Source: a virus
Lineage: Duplodnaviria > Heunggongvirae > Uroviricota > Caudoviricetes
Direction: 5' to 3' (one strand)
Length of the DNA: 64,000 bases
Virus record (IMG/VR): IMGVR_UViG_3300045146_000225
Span: 1 to 64,000 of that record
Below are positions 29,939 to 38,411 of this stretch, piece after piece. The notes beneath the pieces are model-generated. The model made no database searches. It was not told where the DNA came from and worked only from the letters and a program-made list of their open reading frames with translations. Positions within the stretch are counted from its first letter, which is position 1; every line of letters starts with the position of its first letter. The position numbers and the translations under genes were made by a program.

Positions 29939-30847
29939 TTAAAATGCTAATTCCGTTTGAAATTCCAATTTTGGATATTTTTTGTTTGCCTCGTTTCCAT
30001 AATTTGAAATTAAAATGTGGCTTGCGGTAGATTTAAACCGATTCCTAATATTTACAGCATAGGATTTACCATATTCATCAACAATCAAATCATTATACAG
30101 TTTATCTGTTAACGGTGTCCTGCCAATTACCATTAATGCCTTACATTTAAGATTCAAAAAACTAATAGCTAATTCAGCATGGTGTTTTTCGTTAAAACCA
30201 TCTTTATACTCAGCATTTCCATAATCAGAGAAAACGCAATCATAAGGAGGGTCTAAAAACATAAAATCATCTTCGTTTGCCATTTCAAAAATATTCTTGT
30301 AATCCAAATTGTATATTTCTGTATTAGCAAGTAACTCACTGTGTGCTTTGGTTACCAAGGAAGTATTGAGGTTAGCATATCTGCCGTAAGGAACGTTAAA
30401 TTCACCTTTTGCATTATACCTAATCATGCCCGAATACGCAGTTTTATTGATAAAAAAGTACAAAAGAGCATCAGAATATTTCTTTTTTGTCAAATCGTTG
30501 AACATATCACGAATTTGGTAATACAAAGTCTCATTTTCGTCATCAACTCTTAAATCAGGTGTTTCTGCTTTTAACTCTTCAAACTTCCTTCGATTGATTA
30601 AGTATGTTTTCTCTATTTCCTGAAGCTCTTTACTAAGTATCTCAAAATCTGATTTAACTCCTTTGTAAAAAGCCATCAATCTCGAGTTAATGTCGTTTAT
30701 TATAGCATTTTTGGGCTCTAAATGAAAGTACAATGCCCCACCTCCAAAAAAGGGTTCAATATACCTTCCTGTGAAATTGGGAATGTGTTTTATTAAATTA
30801 GGTATTTCCTTCGATTTACCGCCCCTATATTTTACAAGTGGTTTCAT
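29939..30847 (-). CDS. dam: DNA adenine methyltransferase, Dam family (D12 class N6-A).
   Basis: N-terminal YRGGKSK...EPFFGGGALYF and motif IV FLDPPY. Confidence 0.85.
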   Translation of the reverse strand: MKPLVKYRGGKSKEIPNLIKHIPNFTGRYIEPFFGGGALYFHLEPKNAIINDINSRLMAFYKGVKSDFEILSKELQEIEKTYLINRRKFEELKAETPDLRVDDENETLYYQIRDMFNDLTKKKYSDALLYFFINKTAYSGMIRYNAKGEFNVPYGRYANLNTSLVTKAHSELLANTEIYNLDYKNIFEMANEDDFMFLDPPYDCVFSDYGNAEYKDGFNEKHHAELAISFLNLKCKALMVIGRTPLTDKLYNDLIVDEYGKSYAVNIRNRFKSTASHILISNYGNEANKKYPKLEFQTELAF

Positions 30848-30852
30848 ATATT

Positions 30853-31155
30853 TTACTTTTTAAATCCAGATTTATACTCAATCGCGCTTTCATGTACAAT
30901 GCCAAGTACCTTTTCTGCATTTTCCTCATCTTTCACAACTGAATAAATCTGTTCAGCTAGCCAAAGATTTAACAGTTGGATTTTGTCGGTTTCTAACAAA
31001 TCGACAAGAATTGAAACTTGTTCCCTTTTTGCACGTCTTTCTCCACGCTAAATTTTGCAATATGTAGCTGTATCTATCTCCAAAGCAGCAGCCAATTGTC
31101 TTTGATGCATTAGTTTTTGTTCCTTTAACTGTCTAATTCTATCAGCAAACAACAC
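30853..31155 (-). pseudogene. XRE/Cro-type HTH controller (C-protein-like) gene with an in-frame TAG at a conserved Glu position. Its stop is 5 nt upstream of the dam ATG.
   Basis: (GTG)LFADRIRQLKEQKLMHQRQLAAALEIDTATYCKI*RGERRAKREQVSILVDLLETDKIQLL... The TAG at 31048-31050 replaces the E of the canonical IsriErG motif. Confidence 0.5.
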
Positions 31156-31452
31156 GTTGTAAATTTTGTCTTAACATTATTTGGCAAATATAAATCTTAA
31201 TATTGGAAAAGTCAATTTTTTTCATACAGTAAATGCTAAATCATTGGCAGGTGGTCTTTTCTTCGGCTTGTTGGTAACGGTCGCTGCTATGAGCGGTGGC
31301 GGGCTTCGTGGCTGCTCCCGTATCCCACGTTACATACCTTACCTGCGAGACGAGACGTTGTTGTACGCTTGTCGTTATTGTTTTCTAATCTAATTATCTC
31401 ATTTTTAACACACTGTCTCCCAGTCCCAGCGATGGAGCGGGATGGACTTGAA

Positions 31453-31508
31453 GGCACATTTGGCATTTTTGGATCGAGGGCAAGCTCTGCGGGAATGCCA
31501 AATGTGCC
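31453..31508. other. Perfect 15-bp stem (ggcacatttggcatt / aatgccaaatgtgcc) inside a 300-bp GC-rich non-coding stretch.
   Basis: Read directly from the sequence. The flanking ORFs have no protein-like features. Confidence 0.4.
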
Positions 31509-31540
31509 TGAACGCGAAGGGATGGTGCACGTTAGCGAAA

Positions 31541-34500
31541 TCATTGTTCCATTACCTTTTTTACAAGTTTATCAATCTTTTCAAGTTCTTCCGCCAAATG
31601 TTTCTTTAAATCGACTCTTATTTTACCTAATACATGAGCAGTTAAATCACCATCTGGTGGATTTAAAATTATGTATTTAATTGTCTTCTCGTGACAAGTT
31701 TTCCCTAATGTGGCGAGTTCGATGTGAAATTCATCTTTGTCACTAAAGAGAGGAAAATAAACATCTAAGATTTTCTTATGAACGTCTCTTGCCCCAAATA
31801 ATCCTTTTGTTTGGAAGTCTTTCATAAGCAAGTTTGGAATAGATGAATTTAAAATGGATGATAAGTAATATGCTTCATTTTCATCATTTGTATAGCAAGC
31901 GTAGGCTTTGCTTTCATTAATAAAATCAAGGTCTATTTTTGTCCTATCAATTACAAGTGCATTAGCATCTTTTGCAGATGCATTATACAAAACACAAAAC
32001 CTTGCATTTAAATTTTGGTCAGTTAATTTGTTCAACCAGTTCAAATAATCTTCTGCGTTTATTTCACTGTTTTTTTCAGTTTTATTTATATCCCAAATTC
32101 GTTCAGCGTTTACAAACCATTTAGAAGCATTTAAAAATCCTTTATTCATTAAATCTTCAGATGTGTGTAAATGGATTTTTTTTTGCTCGTCACTACTTAA
32201 TTCGACGGTTATCGGTAGAGTGACAAAATCAGGTTTATATAGTAGGAATGGGAGAATTGATTTAGAAATTGCCGTTCGATAGATAAATCTACTTTCAATT
32301 TTACCGGAAAAATCTAATCCTTTCCAAGGAGCTTTTGCATCTGCTTTTATTGAATCTGCCGTTTTTATATTAATAATTCTGTCATTGAAATCATCGGGCA
32401 TTTCCTGATTTAAATCGACAAAATAAAATGCTCTCGGGACAATAGTCGCACCTTGTTTGAAACGGTTCTTATATGGATTCACATTTTCCTGTGAACTAGA
32501 TTTCCTGGTCGAAAATGCTGTTGAGTTTCCTTGCTTTGCATAATACCATGTGACAGTAGATTCAGTTAATTTATTTTTGGCAATATCATAATGACAGTTA
32601 TGAGCCGGTAATCTGCCTGAAAACTGTTTTCCTTCTAAACCGGTTGCCTTTATTTTTCTATCGGCATGTGCCTTTTCAGAGATAAGTACACAACTTGGGA
32701 TTCTGAACAAAGGAGTAACATCTGTTAAATCCCAAATATCTATTAAACGAAATCCTTTGGCGACACCACTTCTTGAATTATCATGATGGTCGGCACTAAA
32801 AAATGCCCTTGGTAAAACAAATGCAATTTTACCTTGGTCTTTTAGAAAATAACTACTGCAATATGACTGAAAAATTGCAGCAATTTCTAAGTGCGGATAA
32901 TTAGCTGCTTTTTTCGGTTTAACATCATATTTGATTGCAAGTTTATCAAGAATGTTTTGATAATCTTCATTTTTTATGGAACTATAAGTAAACCAAGGTG
33001 GGTTTCCAATTATGTAATCAAATTTATTTGCTAAGAAATATGGTTTGTACATGTTAGAAATAATGAATTTCCAGATACTATCACTACCTTTTTCTTTAAC
33101 CTTTTTAAACCCCTGATAAATTTTGTAAAAACTATCGACTAATTGAGGCGTCAAACCACTTGTATGTTGATTTAAAATATTTTCGAAAACTGAATTTTCG
33201 ATATTTTTTTTATCCATTGTCTGTTCCGAAAGTTCCTCGCAGACATCCAGCACGGTATCAAATACTTCACCATTTTCTAATACCTGTGCATTTATCATGT
33301 ACTTATCTTTATCGATGTGCATAATAAATTCACCTCCGAATAAATCCCCAATACATTCTGTAGCAAGTAAGGTATTTGCAAGTATTACATTTAGGTGAAC
33401 AGGTTTTCTTGCTTTTGAAATGGTATTACCTAGAGCAAGAAGCAATGTTGTTTTTGCAATTTGAACTGACAAAGGATGAATATCTATACCATAAACTTGA
33501 TCGTTAATTTCTTCAGGTGTAATTTCTTTATTTGTTTCTCTAATTCGGTGAATTATAGCTCGAAGAAATGAGCCACTTCCACATGAAGGGTCAAGAATTT
33601 TGTCTGTTTTTGTAAATTCAAACTCGTTAACTATTCTTTCACAAAGCCAATCGGGAGTATAGTATTCACCGAGAGAATGACGTGTATCTAAATCAATTAA
33701 TTCCTGATAAACACCTTTGAGAATATCTTCATTAACATTGGTAAAATCAAAGGCTGAAATCTCTTGAGCTATTAATCGAAATACTTTTTTAAGCTTTGGA
33801 TAATCGCGGTCCCCGTTTACCCAATGAAAAAAATCATTGTCGACAAAGTTGGAAATATTGTAAGTATGGAAAATGCTACCGTCCAAAACTTTCCGCATTT
33901 CATCATCATCGATATAATCATCATTTGATACAACAGCATATGCAATCATTTTAGAAAATACGCTCAAATACGTATGGATTAAAAAGATATCTTCACGAGC
34001 ATCAAATGAACCGTATGCGATACTAAGAAACTTATGCCATTGTTCATACGAAACTTGAATTACTCCATATTTTTTAGCTTCGTTAAACCAATTATTCAGT
34101 TCTCGAAAAGATTCAATAAAAACTGGACTTTGATATCCAAAAGCTTCTTCTATACTTTTTAAAGTCGCTTTTTGTTTTTCTTCTTTGAATAAAAACCTGT
34201 CAAGCCAATAGTAAAACTCTTCTGAATTGGTTTCATTTAGTACAAAAGATGCACTTTCTACCTCATTCAGGATTAGTTCATGTCCCAATAAAGAATCCAG
34301 TTTATCCAAACAACTAACATCTGGTGCAACGACTTTCCAATTGATAAAGTCCGATGCAATCAATGTGAAATTATACCCGACACCAGATTTGAATTGTCCA
34401 AGTAAATAGCATGCTAATTGTTCTTTGGCATGATTATATGTTGCTTTTAAATCATTCTCAAATTCTATGATAATGGTATTGAACAAAGTATCAGCACTGC

Positions 34501-34705
34501 CACGATGTAACTTGTCCTCACGGGGGATGTTAACTATTGTAGCTTCAGCACCAAGTGTAATTTTATCAATTATTTTTTGAATTTCCTTGTCAGAGGAATA
34601 AAGCCCATTCAATAAATCTTTAAACGCTTCTTTTTTAGTCAATTCATTATTTGAGGCTTTAACCTTTTGATAATATTGTCGAATAAGCTCTTTTTTATCT
34701 ATCAT
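31541..34705 (-). CDS. Type IIL (MmeI-like) restriction-modification fusion protein. It has an N-terminal PD-(D/E)xK nuclease, a gamma-class N6-adenine methyltransferase and a C-terminal target-recognition region.
   Basis: N-terminal GSADTLFNTIIIEFENDLK, motif I DPSCGSGSFL, motif IV GNPPW. Length 1054 aa. Confidence 0.75.
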   Translation of the reverse strand: MIDKKELIRQYYQKVKASNNELTKKEAFKDLLNGLYSSDKEIQKIIDKITLGAEATIVNIPREDKLHRGSADTLFNTIIIEFENDLKATYNHAKEQLACYLLGQFKSGVGYNFTLIASDFINWKVVAPDVSCLDKLDSLLGHELILNEVESASFVLNETNSEEFYYWLDRFLFKEEKQKATLKSIEEAFGYQSPVFIESFRELNNWFNEAKKYGVIQVSYEQWHKFLSIAYGSFDAREDIFLIHTYLSVFSKMIAYAVVSNDDYIDDDEMRKVLDGSIFHTYNISNFVDNDFFHWVNGDRDYPKLKKVFRLIAQEISAFDFTNVNEDILKGVYQELIDLDTRHSLGEYYTPDWLCERIVNEFEFTKTDKILDPSCGSGSFLRAIIHRIRETNKEITPEEINDQVYGIDIHPLSVQIAKTTLLLALGNTISKARKPVHLNVILANTLLATECIGDLFGGEFIMHIDKDKYMINAQVLENGEVFDTVLDVCEELSEQTMDKKNIENSVFENILNQHTSGLTPQLVDSFYKIYQGFKKVKEKGSDSIWKFIISNMYKPYFLANKFDYIIGNPPWFTYSSIKNEDYQNILDKLAIKYDVKPKKAANYPHLEIAAIFQSYCSSYFLKDQGKIAFVLPRAFFSADHHDNSRSGVAKGFRLIDIWDLTDVTPLFRIPSCVLISEKAHADRKIKATGLEGKQFSGRLPAHNCHYDIAKNKLTESTVTWYYAKQGNSTAFSTRKSSSQENVNPYKNRFKQGATIVPRAFYFVDLNQEMPDDFNDRIINIKTADSIKADAKAPWKGLDFSGKIESRFIYRTAISKSILPFLLYKPDFVTLPITVELSSDEQKKIHLHTSEDLMNKGFLNASKWFVNAERIWDINKTEKNSEINAEDYLNWLNKLTDQNLNARFCVLYNASAKDANALVIDRTKIDLDFINESKAYACYTNDENEAYYLSSILNSSIPNLLMKDFQTKGLFGARDVHKKILDVYFPLFSDKDEFHIELATLGKTCHEKTIKYIILNPPDGDLTAHVLGKIRVDLKKHLAEELEKIDKLVKKVMEQ

Positions 34706-34898
34706 AAATTATTAAAATTAGTTTTTCAAATGTAAAGAATTCATCTCAATAATCCGGGTGAGCGTTGGCATTTTCTTTTTTTGTCTTTTAATCAGTCGTT
34801 AATTATCTGCTGTGTCTGTTTTTTCGGCTTGCGTACAACAATAACAAATATACCATGTTAATATTGTGACTTTTTAATTAAGTTAACGTATAATATGG

Positions 34899-34906
34899 TA
34901 TATTTG
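34899..34906 (+). promoter_or_regulatory. TATATTTG box, the second copy of the duplicated promoter cassette.
   Basis: See 25108. Confidence 0.55.
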
Positions 34907-34928
34907 TTGTTATAAATATGTATTATTT

Positions 34929-35189
34929 TTGTTTTACCTTTTAAAAATAAATATTATGAATTACGAAGAACTGAGAAAAGAGAAGTGGATGAGGGAAAAT
35001 TCACCAAAATCACAATTACTTGGTAATAATTTTTTACCGATGAATCCAGAAGTAGGTTTTTTCATAACAGTAGAGGGACTACAAATATCACAAGACTTCT
35101 TTAAAGAAGAATATGAACAAATAAGTAAATCATATTATTCTGTTATGAAAAAACTGGATGAATATTATAAAAACTCAAAACAAAAATAA
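34929..35189 (+). CDS. Hypothetical small protein. The true start is probably the ATG at 34957.
   Basis: ORF downstream of the promoter box. Confidence 0.4.
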   Translation: MFYLLKINIMNYEELRKEKWMRENSPKSQLLGNNFLPMNPEVGFFITVEGLQISQDFFKEEYEQISKSYYSVMKKLDEYYKNSKQK

Positions 35190-35359
35190 TATTACGTATA
35201 ACGGCTGGCAATAAGGCAAGTGGCTGATTACGGACTACGAACCTATCAATTTGCACTGCCGTTTGAGCGGGTTAGGTACTTTAAATAACCACAGAACCCG
35301 CCATTTGCTTTATTGCGTGTTATGGTTTCGGTTTTTATTATCAATCTAAAAATATTAAA

Positions 35360-35635
35360 ATGACAACAGAAGAATTTGCAATTAAACAAGCCGAAATGAG
35401 TAATGAAGAACTCATTAAACTGGCAGATAAACAGGTTTCAGAACTTGCTAAAACTGGTGGTAGGAGTCATAAAATGTCAGTTCCTCCACAAATTACCGAT
35501 ACTGATATGATTTTTTGTGAACTTATCAAACGGTTTGAAAAATTAATATCTAATCCAATTTGTCAAAACTGCGGAAAATATAAAACAATACAAGGCAATG
35601 GTATTATGTACCAACTTTGTGAGTGCGGTTCTTAA
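35360..35635 (+). CDS. Small protein with a C-terminal zinc ribbon (CQNCG...CECG).
   Basis: ORF. Confidence 0.45.
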   Translation: MTTEEFAIKQAEMSNEELIKLADKQVSELAKTGGRSHKMSVPPQITDTDMIFCELIKRFEKLISNPICQNCGKYKTIQGNGIMYQLCECGS

Positions 35636-36166
35636 ACTGAACCATAACGGTTGGCGGTATGCGCCGTAGGGGATTTCGGAGCTGCGTCTGTATCACCCGT
35701 TACGAACCTTGATGCGAGCTGAAACGCTTGATATACCACTAAAACCCCTATGGCGTATGACCGCTTGTTACCTGCTGGGCTTTATTTTTTTCATCTTTCA
35801 ATGTTTGCCAATCTCACTGTCAGCGTAGGCTTGCATGCTCTTTTGCAATTTTTGGTCAAGCGTTGGCTCGTGTGGCTTGCAAATGTGCTGCAATGTGGGT
35901 TGGTTATTCATTCTTGTTTTTCTGTCATTTTTTTTAGCAAATTGTCCGCTGAGTCGTTTTCTAACCTTGCTGCCAACTTACTTATATGCGTACCTGAAGA
36001 AACAGGTGAAGTCAGACCTGACTCTGTACGAAATCCAGCAAATTTTAAGCGTCTCAATTTTTTTTTTCAAAAACACCTATAAATGAACTACTTAACCAAG
36101 TAAAAATCGAAAATAAAAGAACATACAGTTGTAATCAGTTGAATTTGTTTGACTTATAACGCAATG

Positions 36167-36571
36167 CTAGTGATTTACAATAGTAAAAGCTATGAGCAAT
36201 CCAATTCCAGCAACTAAGGTACCAATCATAAATTCATTAAACCACGTAATCCAGTCACTGTCTTTTACTGTAAAATCATTATTCTCAACTTTTTTAATAC
36301 GTTTCATAATCAACCGAGCTGAGATATAATGTGCTAAAAATCCTATCAAGATTGTAAGACCAAAAAGGATCAGAGCGATATAATATAACCACAAAAGTTT
36401 AGCCTCTTTGATAGGAACAATATCTTTCAAAAAAGTTAAACTAATTGCAAGAGCACCGCTACTCAGATATAAAGCTTGAGAATCAAATTTTTCAATACTA
36501 TATCTAAAATCAGTGTATAAATCTGCAATGTATTTATTCTTAATTTCTTTTAGTTCTTCTTCTGGTGTCAT
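36167..36571 (-). CDS. Membrane protein with 3-4 transmembrane segments (134 aa). It is flanked by 20-bp direct repeats at 35975 and 36604.
   Basis: Hydrophobic segments. AT-rich codon usage. Confidence 0.5.
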   Translation of the reverse strand: MTPEEELKEIKNKYIADLYTDFRYSIEKFDSQALYLSSGALAISLTFLKDIVPIKEAKLLWLYYIALILFGLTILIGFLAHYISARLIMKRIKKVENNDFTVKDSDWITWFNEFMIGTLVAGIGLLIAFTIVNH

Positions 36572-36755
36572 AATATCTGGTTTCGTTATTTATGCTTGTA
36601 CCTAACTTACTTATATGCTTACCAAAGGTGCGAATTTACTACATATGTTTGTTGTATATGCGTACTTTTTTGTTGCCAAATATAGCACAAATATATGTTT
36701 TTTTTAAATATCATCGAATGGGGATTTGATTTTTTTTTGCAATTCTTTGTTACGA

Positions 36756-36823
36756 CAGAAGGTGAATGGGATGGCACAAGAGCATACGGTGAAACGCTGT
36801 TGGCTGGTAGAAAAACACTTGAA
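36756..36823 (+). repeat. 68-bp identical duplicate of an internal segment of gene 37772-38350 (the other copy is at 37937-38004).
   Basis: cagaaggtgaatgggatggcacaagagcatacggtgaaacgctgttggctggtagaaaaacacttgaa at both sites. Confidence 0.85.
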
Positions 36824-36871
36824 GGTAGATTCAAGCTTCAAATGCAACTTTAGTAAGTGCAAATTTATAAT

Positions 36872-37024
36872 TTAAAAATTCAATGTACGAAGAAAATTTA
36901 TGTTTTTTTTTCGCGGTAGCGTATTAAGTTTATCCTTAACACGCTTAATATCCTCATCAGTAATATTTTCAAAAGATGATTTCTTGGGAAAATACTGCCG
37001 AATCAAGCCATTCACATTCTCATT
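36872..37024 (-). pseudogene. IS30-family transposase C-terminal fragment. An IS-end-like sequence extends to 36823.
   Basis: NENVNGLIRQYFPKK...LNTLPRKKNINF matches the IS30 C-terminus NENTNGLIRQYFPKK...LNNRPRKTLKF. The adjacent sequence ggtagattcaagcttcaaatgcaactttag matches 22 of 30 positions of the 225-bp element terminus. Confidence 0.55.
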
Positions 37025-37238
37025 TTAGCTGAGCTTCTCAGTCTTGGATTTCCCTGCTTGTACTAAACAAGAAATTTGATACCTTTGTTGTTCGGTTATA
37101 TGAGCAAAAGTGCAACTTGTCTTGGGAGACTTAGGGGGGTAATTTAGCAAATAGATGGTGAGAAATTACCCCTTTGTTTTGAAAAATATTTGATTTTTAT
37201 TACCATTCCCAAAGTTGCATTTACTACTTGAATCTAAG
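37022..37238 (+). repeat. About 225-bp repeat element, copy 2.
   Basis: See 16123-16359. Confidence 0.7.
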
Positions 37239-37771
37239 ATTTCTTTACCTATGGTTTCTAATAATACTTTGGCGTTTTCTAATGAGTGGCTAAAATCAGA
37301 TTCAATATGCGTTTCTATTCTGCCAATGTAAATTGACAGTTCAACCCAACGACCATATTGCTCTATTGTTTTTTTAACTTATTCATTAAATTTCTATACT
37401 AACATCACCATTCAATATTTTTGGCTACAAATTGTTTTTTATGGTTTTGAGTGTTGATATTTGACCGAGGTTAAAAATTACCTTATCATATAACTCACCA
37501 ATTTGAATAGAGTATTCCTTTATTTCTTCTTCACTTAAAATTGAAAACCCGCAATAGAATATGATGACAAATGTTCTTAATGCTATTTGTCATTGTAGAG
37601 AAAATAATTTGTTCGAATAAACTGAAGAAAAATTATGCGTTTGTAGAGATGGCAATCAGGTTTGGTGTGTATTTGATAGAGATAAAGAAGAAACTGAATT
37701 CATATACAGCCAATCAGCAACACACAAATGGTTATCTAACCGCAACATAAATAAAATAAAACACACAGTAC

Positions 37772-38350
37772 ATGCGGCTAATAGAAACAACAATATTGGA
37801 ATACATCAACCCAATTAAAAAAACAGACGTGTTTTACCACGGATCAACAGACAAAAACATGAGCGGTAAGAACGGCATACATGTCGGAACTAAATTAGCA
37901 GCAACACAAGCACTACAAGCAAGGATAGGTGTTCCGGCAGAAGGTGAATGGGATGGCACAAGAGCATACGGTGAAACGCTGTTGGCTGGTAGAAAAACAC
38001 TTGAACTTAAAAACACGGAGTTAGGATACAACTGCACTACCGGATATAATTGCGGGAAAGATTTACCAGAAGAAGATTATTATCCCACACAAAGAGAATA
38101 TAGAGCGTCATTCTCAGATGGAACCCCCATTCCGTTCAATTGCAAACCAATCGTGTTCCCTGTTAAAATCACAGGACAAATGACAAACACGCAATCTTAC
38201 CCCCACACCGACGACAAAGCAAACTCCATGATGAAAAGGAACTTAAAAATGGGCAACGCTAAAAGTGGTTACTACTACACCAATATAGCGCAGGATTCCG
38301 GCTCGATATCTGCGGTAGTCCCAGACAAGTCATTCCTCGAAATACTGTAA
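37772..38350 (+). CDS. Hypothetical protein (192 aa).
   Basis: ORF. A terminator hairpin follows. Confidence 0.5.
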   Translation: MRLIETTILEYINPIKKTDVFYHGSTDKNMSGKNGIHVGTKLAATQALQARIGVPAEGEWDGTRAYGETLLAGRKTLELKNTELGYNCTTGYNCGKDLPEEDYYPTQREYRASFSDGTPIPFNCKPIVFPVKITGQMTNTQSYPHTDDKANSMMKRNLKMGNAKSGYYYTNIAQDSGSISAVVPDKSFLEIL

Positions 38351-38362
38351 CAGCAAACAAAA

Positions 38363-38398
38363 AACTCTGGTTGTACCTTAACAACCAGAGTTTTTTTT
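38363..38398. terminator. Bidirectional rho-independent terminator between 37772-38350 (+) and nrdJ (-).
   Basis: aactctggttg taccttaa caaccagagtt, followed by a T-run and preceded by an A-run. Confidence 0.65.
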
Positions 38399-38411
38399 GT
38401 TTAAACCATAA

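Noticed and set aside
31181-31680. ORFs 31181-31393, 31287-31544 and 31369-31680 in the gap between the Type IIL gene and the controller gene
   Set aside because: They overlap each other with no protein-like composition. The real coding gene here is the HTH pseudogene on the minus strand at 30853-31155.
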